Assembly (NCBI GenBank): GCA_010093815.1
Contig: ML996566.1
DNA length: 64,000 bases
Strand: one strand, 5' to 3'
Source of the DNA: Pseudovirgaria hyperparasitica
Taxonomy: Eukaryota
A program made the position numbers and the translations under genes. The stretch's first letter is position 1. Every line of letters starts with the position of its first letter. Below are positions 25,844 to 37,789 of this stretch, one piece after another. The notes under the pieces were generated by a model. It saw only the letters and a list, made by a program, of their open reading frames with translations. It was not told the origin of the DNA and did no database searches.

Positions 25844-28582
25844 CTATGTTTTCCTCTTTTTGGCCGGTCTGCCAAATTTCTCCTGCTTCTTCGCCTTGAG
25901 CTTTCGATCTTTACGAACGTCGTCAACTCCACGCAGTTCGTTCTTCGCGCCACCATCCTTGAACTTGCCGATCCGTTTCTCCTTGGCTTCATTGACACGT
26001 TTCTTTTGCGTATGATAGTCGTCTCTGTATTTGTCTGCCTCCTTTGGTGCCTTCTCAGTTTGGTGTTTGTACCGCCGTCCAATGCTGTGCATCTTCGCTC
26101 GTGACGTTTCCGTTTCCCCGGTTCGAGGCAACCGATCGAGCTTATTTGACTTCTTCCATGCATCAAATCGTCCGCTCCTAAAGCTTGCTGCTATCTTCTG
26201 CCCGCTTTCCCCGACTATCATTTTGGCGCCCTTGGACCCGTCCTCGTCGTTCGCCCGGGCCACATACTTTTTACTTTTCTTGTCCCACCTCATACCCCGC
26301 GCTTTCGTTGCCTCTGCAAATCCTCGTGATTCGTCGTTGTTGAGATCCATTGTCGCTCCGCGTGAGGCTTCTACAAAATTGCTATTACGTCCCGATGTGT
26401 CATATGATCCGGACTGTACGCCATAGGCTTTATCTTCGACGAGGTTGAGGGACTTCGGAGCGTACGACATGAAATGATCCGGATCTTCCCATGCGTTATT
26501 TGCGACTGAGCTCGAAGGCTGGGTCTGTGTTACGGTAATCTGCAACTCGTCTTCTGAGTCAGGGTCCAGCTGCTCAATGGCCTCAGGGTTCACGTCGTTG
26601 TTGCCATCTGTCGTGTCTTTAGCCGTATCGAATTTTGTTATGTCTGGAATGGCGTTGGCTCCATCAATGTCTTTGGCTCGCTGTCGCCATGGGTCTATTC
26701 TTTCCCGACGCTTTCGCATGATTTCAGCAGCCTCTGCCCCGCTACCTCGTTTCCCGATTTCAAATATCGTCTCACTGGGTCGAAAGCCGCTCACTCTTGC
26801 AAGCATCTTTTCGCGCTCCAGTTCGGCATCATTAGTTTCGTCTGTAAACAGCCAGTTGAGCTCTGCGGAGCTACGAGATGAAAGGATTTCACGGGAGCGT
26901 TTGGCACTCTCGCTAGATGCCGAATTACGTGTGCGCATGTACAGCTTTTCTCCCTTCACCGCCACAGAACGAAGATTGGCAAGATCGTCGTCCTCATCGA
27001 TTAGCTTATTGACATATTCGCACGCTTTCCCCAGCTTATCGCGAACAAGACCACCCACCACTACATCTTGGGCGAAATTGGGCGGCTCTCCAGACCTTCC
27101 CAACACAAGCCTTTTGCTCAGAAACAATTGAAGATCCAGTAGGTACGGCATGTCCGAGTCCCGTACCAGACTATAGCTCCAGCCCTTGTTACCGGCTCGG
27201 GCTGTTCTCCCGACCCGATGAACGAAGACCTTGGGCTGTGGCGGGAAATCGTAGTTGATGACATTAGCGAGAATGGGCATATCTATACCTCTAGCAGCAA
27301 CATCGGTGACAACGAGAATATTTGATAGACCTGCACGAAACTCCTCGACTTGCAACTTGCGCGCCGTTTGGTCCAAGGAACCGTAGACGTAGGAAATTGC
27401 ATACCCTGCTGATCGTAGCAGCGCTGAAACATATTCAACGTGATGCTTTGTTGCCGTGAATATGATTGTCGAGAATTCGGTTGGCAACTCGTTTGGTGCC
27501 GGCCCATCAGGGCCTCGTTTACGCTTCTTCCCAGAACTTTGGTCTCTCGTCCTCTGTGCGTTCTCTGTTGCACCAAGTGGCATCTTTATGACGTCTTGTA
27601 ACACATTCAGAAGGGCACCATCTTTGTCTGCACTCTTCAGTGTGAAGAAAGCGCTCTGTAGATCGGGGGATAGCTTGGTTTCTGCGTCTAAGCGAATAAG
27701 CTTGGGGTCTTGGAGGCCAGCGCGCGCGAATTCGACGAGGGACTTCGGGAGCGTTGCGGAGAACAGTAGACTTTGTCTTGACTGTGGAAGTGCGTGGAGA
27801 ATTTCTGCAAGTTGAGCCGCGAAACCCATCTCGAAGAGCCGATCGGCCTCATCGAATACGATGTATTGTACCGCCGATAAGTCCAGACCCATTTCAACTT
27901 TGAGGTGGAGAAATCGACCAGGAGTTGCGATTATAATATCAGGATTTGAGGTCATGGATCCAAACTGTTCTTCCAGGCTGTCACCTCCAACGAGCAGGAC
28001 AGTGCGCAAATCCGTCCCACGACCAAGTTCTTTGATGACCTTCAGAGTCTGCAGAGCTAATTCTCTTGATGGCGACATAACTATGCCTCTAGCTCCAACT
28101 TTCACGCTATGCGCCTTGAGCTTCTCCACCATAGGTATAACAAAAGCTGCTGTCTTCCCAGAACCCGTTCTGGCCATTCCCACCACGTCTTGCCCATCCA
28201 TAATGACAGGGATTGCCTTACGCTGAATAGGCGTAGGGACTGAGAAGCCTTTGCGTGTGATTGCTTTGAGCAAGTGGGAATTCAGACCCATGGCTTGGAA
28301 TCCGCCGCTCTTCTTTACACTTCTGCCTTTCAGATTGGTCGTTTTCCTGTTGGATGCAGCCTGGCGAGCTGCAATGTAGGCTTCATCATCGCTGCTATCT
28401 TCTCCAATGTCATTGAGTCCAAGCTCTTGCTCGCCAGCCTGCGGTTTCTGCGCCTTAGCGGATGCGGGAGGCGGCAGTATGCTATCGGAGTCGTTGGCGT
28501 CATCTTCAGACTGATCGTAAAGATCCTTCGATATGTCGAACTCGTTCTCGGAGAGCGCGGGAGAAGCCGCGCGTGGTCCCAT
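25844..28582 (-). CDS. DBP10: DEAD-box RNA helicase Dbp10 (60S biogenesis)
   Basis: Motifs [23 protein letters not shown] and [11 protein letters not shown]-terminal WDKKSKKYV...[18 protein letters not shown]; single exon of 912 aa. Confidence 0.96.
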   Translation of the reverse strand: MGPRAASPALSENEFDISKDLYDQSEDDANDSDSILPPPASAKAQKPQAGEQELGLNDIGEDSSDDEAYIAARQAASNRKTTNLKGRSVKKSGGFQAMGLNSHLLKAITRKGFSVPTPIQRKAIPVIMDGQDVVGMARTGSGKTAAFVIPMVEKLKAHSVKVGARGIVMSPSRELALQTLKVIKELGRGTDLRTVLLVGGDSLEEQFGSMTSNPDIIIATPGRFLHLKVEMGLDLSAVQYIVFDEADRLFEMGFAAQLAEILHALPQSRQSLLFSATLPKSLVEFARAGLQDPKLIRLDAETKLSPDLQSAFFTLKSADKDGALLNVLQDVIKMPLGATENAQRTRDQSSGKKRKRGPDGPAPNELPTEFSTIIFTATKHHVEYVSALLRSAGYAISYVYGSLDQTARKLQVEEFRAGLSNILVVTDVAARGIDMPILANVINYDFPPQPKVFVHRVGRTARAGNKGWSYSLVRDSDMPYLLDLQLFLSKRLVLGRSGEPPNFAQDVVVGGLVRDKLGKACEYVNKLIDEDDDLANLRSVAVKGEKLYMRTRNSASSESAKRSREILSSRSSAELNWLFTDETNDAELEREKMLARVSGFRPSETIFEIGKRGSGAEAAEIMRKRRERIDPWRQRAKDIDGANAIPDITKFDTAKDTTDGNNDVNPEAIEQLDPDSEDELQITVTQTQPSSSVANNAWEDPDHFMSYAPKSLNLVEDKAYGVQSGSYDTSGRNSNFVEASRGATMDLNNDESRGFAEATKARGMRWDKKSKKYVARANDEDGSKGAKMIVGESGQKIAASFRSGRFDAWKKSNKLDRLPRTGETETSRAKMHSIGRRYKHQTEKAPKEADKYRDDYHTQKKRVNEAKEKRIGKFKDGGAKNELRGVDDVRKDRKLKAKKQEKFGRPAKKRKT

Positions 28583-28774
28583 GGTGTTGAAGTCTGCTTG
28601 CGAGGCAGATGTGGGTGAGAAGTGCTGCCCGCGCGGTCGTTTGAAGTTCTCGAAAAATTAAAGTGGGGGTGAAATCTTGGCGCTGAACTTTTTCTCGCTA
28701 TGAAGCGGCTCGCCGCAAGACTCCCGAAACCACAGTTCCTAATAGCTCGCTGTGAAGATTGCGTCTCCGATGAT
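28583..28774. promoter_or_regulatory. 192-bp bidirectional promoter shared by DBP10 and DBP4, with RRPE-like A/T tracts
   Basis: Divergent ATGs at 28582 and 28775. GAAAAATTAA (about 28652) and TGAACTTTTTC (about 28684) resemble the RRPE element TGAAAAWTTTY. Confidence 0.55.
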
Positions 28775-31305
28775 ATGGCACCAGCAGATGTCACTGGCCG
28801 TGTACGACCAACAAAGCCAAAGAAACAGGCACGCGCTCTCAAGAGAAAACGCGACGATGTCTCAGCTGAGCACCTAGAGCAAGCGGTCGCAGATTTGGCA
28901 AGTCAGGAATATTAATCAACCGATACGCGTGTAACTAATATATATCACAGGACGTCAAAAATGGCACATTCAAAGACTTTGCAGACCTCCCACTGTCCGA
29001 GCCCACCAAGTCTGGACTCAAGGCAGCCCATTTTTCTGCTATGACAGACATACAGGCCAAGGCCATACCCCTCGCACTCAAAGGCGCAGATATCCTCGGA
29101 GCCGCAAAGACTGGTAGTGGGAAGACACTTTCGTTTCTGGTTCCCGTCCTCGAGAACCTCTACCGTGCGCAATTGGTTGGCCAAGATGCAGGCTTGGGCG
29201 CAATGATTATATCACCAACTCGAGAGCTCGCTATCCAGATTTTCGAAGTCTTGCGGAAGATTGGCGGTAAAGGGCATCTGTTCGCGGCTGGTCTGGTCAT
29301 TGGTGGAAAGAGCTTGAAAGACGAGGCGAACGCGCTCGAAAGAATGAACATCCTAGTGTGTACGCCTGGCAGAATATTGCAGCATCTCTCGCAGACTGCG
29401 ACTTTCAGCGTAGACAACCTCAAGATGCTTGTTCTTGATGAGGCTGATCGTATATTGGACATTGGGTTTCAAAGTGCACTCGACGCGATCATAGAATATC
29501 TGCCCCCAGACCGGCAAACACTCCTTTTCAGTGCTACACAAACCAAAAAAGTCTCCGAATTGGCGCGACTGAGTTTGAAAGAGCCAGAGTATATCGCCGT
29601 TCACGAAGCAGCTTCCTCGGCTACACCCAAAACGCTTCAGCAAAATTATGTTCTGACGCCATTGCCCGAGAAACTGGATACATTGTGGAGCTTTATTCAG
29701 AGTAGTAAGAAGAGTAAAATACTTGTTTTCCTGTCGTCTGGGAAGCAGGTGAGATTTGTATACGAGACTTTCAGAAAGATGCAGCCGGGTATATCTCTTC
29801 TACATCTTCACGGACGGCAGAAACAAACTGCAAGGCTTGATATAACGTCAAAGTTCTCTTCGTCGCAGCAATCTTGTCTTTTTGCCACAGACGTGGTAGC
29901 TCGTGGATTAGATTTTCCTGCTGTTGACTGGGTGGTGCAGCTAGATTGCCCCGAAGATGCAGACACGTATATTCACCGCGTTGGGCGCACGGCACGATAC
30001 GAGCGTGAGGGTCGAGCAGTCTTGTTTCTCGATCCAAGTGAGGAGGAAGGTATGCTCAAGAGACTTGCACATAAGAAGGTCCCCATCGAAAGAATCAATG
30101 TGCGCGTCAAGAAACAGCAGAGCATCAAAGAACAAATGCAAAATCTTTGTTTCAAGGATCCGCAACTGAAATACCTAGGACAGAAGGCTTTCATTTCATA
30201 CGTCAAATCTGTCCATCTACAGAAAGACAAAGACATATTCGATGTGAATGCACTGAAGCTGGAAGAATTTGCTGCCAGTATGGGTTTGCCTGGTGCACCG
30301 AGGATCAAGTTCAGGAAGGGAGACAATTCCAAAGAGCTGAAGAATGCTCCAAGACAATCCCTTGTCATCTCAGACGAAGACGACAGCGATAGCGAGGCCG
30401 CAGTAGACGGAGAGGCACCGAGCAAAGCGAAGAGCAAGAAAGACGATGCAGTCCGGACTCGATATGATCGAATGTTTGGACGAACCAACCAGGACGTTCT
30501 AGCACCTCACTACGCGAAGTTGATTCACGAAGAAGACGACATGGCCTCAGGTTCAAAGGGACAAACGAATGTTCATGGACTCGAACAACCAGATAGTGAC
30601 GATGATTTCCTCAATGTCAAGCGACGCCACGGTGTTGATGACGATCTGAGCCTATACCACAATATCGAGAACGCGGATGCCATTGATGGAAACTATAACA
30701 AGAAAATCATCAATATACCCGGAACGCTTGAGCCTCTGGTAATAGATAGTAAACGACGAGAAAAGCTGCTGCAATCTAAAAAGAAAGTCACGAAGCTGAA
30801 AGAGAAGGGCACTAAGCTCATATTCGATGACGATGGCAATGCTCATCCGATATACGAGCTCGAGGATGAGGTTGCTTTCAAGTCTAAGGGTGCTCCCGAG
30901 GATCAACGCAGGCAATTCGTGGAACAGGAAGCCGAGAAGGTCAAACAAGCCGACATCAGTGACAAGGCTCTGGCGAAGGAGAAGAAAAGGGTCAAGAAAG
31001 AGAAGCGCAAAGCTCGTGAGAGGGCTGAGGATGAGGATGGCGAGGATGTGCAGCTCGAAAACGGTGGAGACGCATTCGCCGATTTTGTTGCAGACGCTGC
31101 GAGCTCAGGGGGTGAGGGTGACGAGTCGCAAGAAGTCGAGCGGCCGAAAGGGAGGCCAAAGAAATGGTTTGAAGACGATTCAGACGAGGACGAGGCGGCA
31201 CAGAAGAAACGAAAGAAGAACAAGAGAAGTGCTAGAGACGCGGGAGATCTGGAGACTTTTGAGGATCTTGAAGCGATGGCAGCAGGACTTCTGGCTTCTG
31301 GCTAG
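28775..31305 (+). CDS. DBP4: DEAD-box RNA helicase Dbp4 (40S biogenesis); one GC-AG intron at 28898-28950
   Basis: Motifs [60 protein letters not shown] and KLIFDDDG. Confidence 0.96.
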
Positions 31306-31593
31306 TGTGAATTTCCAACATCTAAGCTTATGTAAATATATGGTAGATTCCTTGTTCAGATGCGAACCGAAGATTCGTGCAGATAGTATTGTGGAAGTGC
31401 GACTGCTGCAATGCTATTGGGTTATGGAGCCACCCTTGCTACTCGCCCGTGAAGCTAGAATATGATTTGTTAGTCATACAAGAATCCTTCCACGGTAGAG
31501 ATAGCGTAACCGACAGTAGCCCTTTGGCGGTGAACCGCACACGGCGCGCCCTTGTTTCGACCGTGATCAATCATCGGAGGTGTCCGAGGCTTA

Positions 31594-31664
31594 TATTTCA
31601 CATTCTGTTACACCCAACCCAATATACCGTCTATTTCACATTCTGTTACACCCAATATACCGTC
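31594..31664. repeat. Tandem duplication (38 bp + 33 bp) just upstream of the nucleoside hydrolase ATG
   Basis: TATTTCACATTCTGTTACACCCAA(CCCAA)TATACCGTC occurs twice; copy 1 has an extra CCCAA. Confidence 0.9.
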
Positions 31665-31706
31665 TCTCATAGCTTTCTCGCAGTGTAATTTGTAGCAGCT
31701 CACATC

Positions 31707-33374
31707 ATGGCCAACCCGCAACGGATTATCATCGACACTGATCCGGTACGTCGAACTCGTAAAGAGTTTATACCAATCGGATATGGCTAACAAGCACGTA
31801 GGGTGTAGACGATGTATCTGCCCTGTTGCTCGCGCTGTCTGCGAAGCCCGAGGAACTTGAAGTCGCATTGATCTCCGTGACTTATGGCAACGTTGATGTG
31901 CAGAGGTAAAGGAATCTCGGAATCACGTTTCGTTACAGCCATTGACATGGAGTGTTCAGTTGTCTTCGCAACGTCGTGGCTGTATTTCATTTCATCGAAA
32001 AGGAGCAAGAGTGGCGTCGTAGTCAGGGACTTCCTGAAGGCTTCGAGACGTTAAAGGCCAGCAAGCCTATCGTTGCCATTGGGGCCTCTGGACCGCTGGG
32101 TGATCAAGTGATGATGGCTGATTATTTTCGTGAGACTGCTATATAACATCATGTCTGTGACTCGGATGCTAACATCGGTAGACGGCATTGATGGGCTCGG
32201 AGGCATCTCTCACACGGTACGAGTATCCCATAAAATCAAAACCAACAAGAAATGCTTCTAACCTCGCCGCCAGCATCCCCATCTCACGCCTCCTGAAGCA
32301 TGGAAGAACCTCTTCACAGCAACCAGCTCCTCCACAACCACCACACCCACTCCCACCCCCGCCGAGATCAAAGCAGACGCACAAACCCTCTTCACCCCCT
32401 CCAACACCCCAGCCCACCTCGAAATGCTCAATCTCCTACGCGCCAACCCGCCAGACACAATCTCCATCATCGCCGTCGGGCCCCTGACAAACTGCGCCCT
32501 GGCCGCCGCATCCGACCCGGAAACCTTCCTCCGCGCGAAAGAAGTCATCGTCATGGGCGGCACCATTGCCGAGACCGGAAACGTAAACCTCCCCTCCCCC
32601 CTCCCATCCTTCCCCTTTGTCTTCGTTCCTCCCTCGCCCATTTCAACGCAACCAGCCCTGCCAACACACTCACACAACCAACAGGTAACCCCCTGCGCCG
32701 AATTCAACACCTTCGCCGACGCCATCGCCGCCGCCCGCGTCTTCGCCCTCACATCCCCCAGCCCATCCACCACAATGCCACCCTCACCACCACCCACCAA
32801 CCCACCCCACCCCCACCATCTCACCCCCTACCCTCACCCTCTCTCCCGACCCCTAAACCTAACCCTCTTCCCCCTCGACCTAACCTCCAAACACATGCTC
32901 CACCGCACAACCTTCAACCGCACGCTCGCCCCTCTCCTCGCCTCCACCCCACCCTCCCCCCTCGCAACATGGAGCATAGCGTTCATGAGCAGCACATTCG
33001 ACAAGGTTGCCGCCCTGCACCATTCCACGCCGGGGCTGACGATGCACGACCCGCTGTGTGTGTACTACGTGCTGCAGCGCGCGGCGGGGGATGATGATGA
33101 TGATGAGAGCGGGCGGGGCTGGACGAGTGTGGTGGAGGATATCCGGGTTGAGACGGCGGGGCAGTGGACGCGGGGGATGATGGTTGTTGATCGGCGGGAT
33201 CGGAATAGGAGGGTGGAGCACGACGACGACGAGATTAGGGAGGTGCCTGGGGATAGTGGGAATTGGCTGAGTGTGCGGGCTGGGAACAGGGTTAGGAGGG
33301 TGACTGGGAGTTTGGGCGGGGAGAGGTTTGAGAGGGACTTTTTGGCGAGAGTCTTTGGAGGCTTTGTTGGCTGA
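31707..33374 (+). CDS. Inosine/uridine-preferring nucleoside hydrolase family protein, multi-exon
   Basis: Spliced IIIDTDP|GVDD motif, SVTYGNV, IAVGPLTN, GN|VTPCAEFN, LFPLDLT, MHDPLC and VETAGQWTRGM. The 102-nt intron 32583-32684 is read through by the ORF track. Confidence 0.9.
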
Positions 33375-34176
33375 TGGAAAAAAAAGTTGGGTTGATGAGA
33401 GGGAAATGGGGGTTTGCCTAGACGTCGACGATACATACGCCCACGTAGGCTATAGATTAACATAGAACTATAGAGGCCGGAACTCAGCAAGGATTATGGA
33501 ACATATCTTCTTCTTGGACGGAGGTTCAAACACCATGCAAAAAGCCCAGTGTACACTTGTTAAACTCCTCATGCGGAGTTGTATTACTGTATGTACTGCG
33601 CTACTAGGTAGGTCTCGTTCTACCTGCGCTGAGCCGTATCGGCCTAAACCTAACCCAAAATATGCTATATGGCTTGACAGTAGTAAGAAAGGGGCTCTGT
33701 GGCCCGTGTGTGTACACAAAGGACAGACCGAACAAACGCCATATGCATGCCAGTCTTGTCGAACGTCACTGAAGACGTCGCAACGACAGCGACATCATCC
33801 CTAACTCGTATATAGAGATGCGAACCCCGACTTGTATAGAGAACAAGAACACCCGCTCAAAAAGCCGAATCGAAGAATGGGAAGGCTACAGAGATCTATG
33901 TGGCACGGATATGGAGTGTAATCGTACTCTCCGTGCGTGCAACAGGCCGTCCAATGGATATTTCGAGTGTTACAGACATCCCAAAGAAAACATTGAAAAA
34001 AAAAACCAAACTTTTGCGATTCATCACCACTGCATCCGTGTCCACCAGGCGTTTCAATCGGCTTAAAAGCCGCATACACCATGGACCTGGTCTAGTGGAA
34101 TCAATAGACATAATTGAAGCCGGGAAAGTGCCAACGACCGAATGCTCAGTCGAGCATGGCTGTCGTAGTGGTTTTG

Positions 34177-37100
34177 TTACATGACCGTCATCGTCGTCAT
34201 TGCCATCTGAGCAGCAAGTTCGCTTTCGTTGGATTGAAAATGAGAGTCACCGCTCTTGGCTCTACGTTCTGTTGGCGAAGTTGAGAATGTCCTTGTAGAG
34301 CTGTCCATCATATGTTCCAGATGGGGTGGTTCCTTTCTCTTTGGGCTGTGATTTGGGCTCGTGTACAGACCTTCTGCCTCGCGGAGCTCTTCCTTGACCC
34401 TCCTCATCAGTCCGTTCACATAGGGGACGATATGCTTCAAGGTAGCAGTGTCGAAAGGAACTTTCTTGGCTGGCGGAAGAGGCTGAGATGTAGTGGATGT
34501 GGAATCAGATGTACTTTTTCGTTTCAGTGCTTCTATGACAGAGAGAGCGACTGCTTCGGAGTCTTTCCTTGGTCGGGTCGTTCGCACGGCTGGTGGTGTC
34601 ATAGCCGGGGACGATGTGTGGCTCTGTGACAGTTTTGAGGTCGGCGGTGTCTGATTCGGGTTGAATAGATCGTTGTTTGCTCTCAATATAGACCTTCGCC
34701 GCGATTTTCCTTGCGATAGACTGAGGCCTGGGCTGTTCAGATGCGTGTCATCTTTACTTGCGCTGACCTTTTGGGGTGTTCGCACTGCATACTTCATTCC
34801 GTTCATATCGTCAAATTCATCAAGATCAAGTCCTGGCGATGATGTCGGTGACTGATCACCCCCAAACGGATCATCATCAGCTTCTTGGTCAGCCAGCTCG
34901 ATCATGGCATCGACTTCATGCCATGTGTTTTTGTTCCGGTCGTCGAGCAGACCGGCGTGTACAGCTCGCATTCGTAGCTCCTTCAATTCTTCAATCAACA
35001 AGCCCCATTCTCTGAGCAATCCAATATTGGCAAGGACGTTGCTCTGCTGCTCTCTGATCGTTTTCGGAACAAACATAGAAAAGCCACTATCGGCCCTGGC
35101 CATGTCATCTTCGCCTACGGTACGAGGCTCATTCGAGCCGTCAAAGTCGAAGTCATCATTCCAGTCTTCCGTTACACCTTTACTCCCCACGCCCCAAGTT
35201 CCGAACTTGTTTGTTACGACCGTATCACGTTTTCCTACAAGGTCCGGGACGACAGGGACACTTTGACTGCGGGCATGCAGACCACTGGGGGCGCGACGAC
35301 CAATGGCCCGACTTCCCCGACCGTCGGCGTCTTTCTTGCCATGCACTGTGCTGGGACGTGGAGGTGTACGGCTACCAGGGCTCTTTTCAGAGGGGCGTTG
35401 CTCGGACCAGTCGAATATCGAGCTTCTTGCGTCTCGATCTATGTGTTCTATGTGGTTTTGTCGTAGCGCCGGAAAATTACTGCTCTCAGAGGATGTACAT
35501 GGTGTGCTAGGCTGCTTTGATGGTGCGAATGGCGTCTTGAGAAAGGTTCTCCTATGTTTGGGGGCATCTATTTCCTCGTCGGAAAATGACCATCTATCAT
35601 CGTCACTCTCTTCTTCTGCAACGGCATCCCATTCCAAGGTGCCAAGACTTAATGGTTTTGGATGGTCGGTGGCCGAAGCTGAAATGTTTGAGTTGAAAAG
35701 AGAATTGCCTGAGCTTTGTGACTTTGGCGGGGATGCATCGAATCGTTCTGTTGCCGTTGTAGTTCTGCCTGGCGAAGAGGTGCATTCATCTTCCTCCATG
35801 ATCCCTGCATGTGGAAACGTCTCGACCGGTACGGGTTGGCCATTGTCTTTCATCACAATCTCTCGCATGCTTTGCATGTTTGCTTTGTGATTTGTTGGTG
35901 AGAAGTCCGGAAAGATTGTCTCGATGCGTGGGCCCCGAGCACCCGAAGTGCTTCGGGTGCCTCGTGTGCGCAACGAATCGAAGACGGTATCGCTTTGGAA
36001 ATCAAAGTCTTCGTCCCCAGAACCTATATCTCTGGTATCGTGGTCCGACCCGACCAGGGTGGATGCTTGTTCCGACGCCGCCGTAGACAGGCGAGGATGT
36101 CGCGGTGCCGAATCAGACTTCCGTGTACCCTCGGTTGAGATCCCTCCGCGTGCAAGACTATTCGGGGACGACTCATGAGTCCGGTCCACGACTGGCGATC
36201 CTGCGTGGGAGCTACCAATAATTCTATGAGATATTGTTGGGTCAGAAATATCGCGCCGAATGTATTCCTGGTCTGAAAGGTGTTCGCCGCCAGGGGCTGC
36301 AGCTTGGGATCGTAGGAGGGGCGCGGATGTGGTTCGCTTGCTCGTGCTCCGCAACAAAATGTTGTTGGCTTGCTTTTCGGTGCGAAGCTTCCTCGAGTGT
36401 GGACCTGCAGGCAGATAGTCCGAAATCGAGAAGGAACGACGGAACTTTGTGCCATTTGAACTCTCCTCTTGCCTCTTGATGGGGATGCTGACAGAAAGAC
36501 CTCGATCCCGGGGTTGGTCTTGTATGTGCGTGAACGAGGGCGTGCCAGGGCGGCTCAAGTCAATGCTATCGCCATCCTGACTCGAGAGGTCATCAATCTC
36601 TACGGAACAGGCTACAACGGACTTTGCAAGCAACAGGGTCGGTTCTGAGCGTGCATCAGGAACGATTCGTTTGATCGGCTTCATGTAGTCACCATTCTTC
36701 TTCTTTTTCGAAGAGGCGGTGCGGCCTTTCTTCAGCGTGGGGCTAAAGAATCGGGTGTACTGCACTTCGGAGCTCGATGGAGTCCCTGGAGACCTTATAT
36801 CCATATCCTCATCGAGTGTACTGCCGACCAAGGAAGTCTGGCATTGTAGCGTCGCAGACCTCTGGTGGCTTGTGGCAGGTCTCCGTAGGGTCGGCATGCG
36901 GGAGGATGTGGGTCGAGCTGTGTTGTTGAATGTTCGTATGGAGGTCGATCGTTTGACGAGCTTATTCGGTGCAAGTGGCTCAGGGGAGGGTTGTCCGACC
37001 ATCGGCACGGTGGAGCCCGCATTCGAGAAAGCCATCGAGGCGTTCGAGTAAGAGACGGAGGGGGAGACAGGTCTGGAGTCGCATTCGTGGCTCGAGGCTT

Positions 37101-37789
37101 GTAATGAATAATTGGACAGACGTTTTATCCAAGAGGGGCGGGTCCGGAGTGTTAGTTCGGCATGCACATCGGAAAAATGGTCATCCTCCACAGGCATCTG
37201 CATTTGAGTCCTCCCAGTGCTCAGCCGAATCTCGGGTTTCGTATTGCTTGTGGTCATCCTTCTCGCCATACGAACTGGGCGTCTTTCGTGACTCCCCGTC
37301 TCGAGCGTGGAGGACTGAAGGGATGTGAAGGGTGGACTGCGTGTGTTCGAACAGTGAGGAGGCGTCATCAACATATTGCTCTGTTCGTTTGTTGGGCGCT
37401 CGTTTGGCAAGGCAGCGGAAGCCGGGGTGGAAAGCGGGCGACCGATAGACAGTCCCACGGCGGAAGCACCAATGGCGGTGGCAGTGGCACAAAGCTGTAT
37501 TCAACAACAACAAATCAGCACGCGTGACGAAGCAAAAGAAGACATGACAGGATATGACAGAAGCACACAACGAGGGTGTGAGGGTTCGGTAACGGGTGTC
37601 GACGGTTTATGAGCAAGGTGCGACGAGCTCGAGCCACATAGCAAACACGTAAAGGCAAAGCACACAAGAAGGTAAATGAGCAACGTACCGTTGGAACTGT
37701 TTTCATACTTTCTGGCCACTTGAATGGTGCGAGTAGGATGACAGGACGAGCGAGAGAAGAGTCGAATCGACGCGATGACTGGTGGGCAT
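34177..37789 (-). CDS. Large Ser/Pro/Arg-rich protein of unknown function (about 1100 aa; short first exon)
   Basis: 1093-aa ORF lacking its own ATG, preceded by a GCTGAT...TACAG acceptor at 37495 and in-frame upstream exons. Ordered-looking block EDWNDDFDF...VPKTIREQQSNV...EELKELR. Confidence 0.8.

Noticed and set aside
32258..33094. Long Pro/His-rich and Gly-rich ORFs in alternative frames of the nucleoside hydrolase gene (also over the CHORD gene)
   Set aside because: Caused by extreme C/G skew depleting stop codons.
34177..37458. Calling the large protein Byr4/Bfa1 from the EDWNDDFDF motif
   Set aside because: One short acidic-aromatic motif is not enough; no other diagnostic blocks were recognised.
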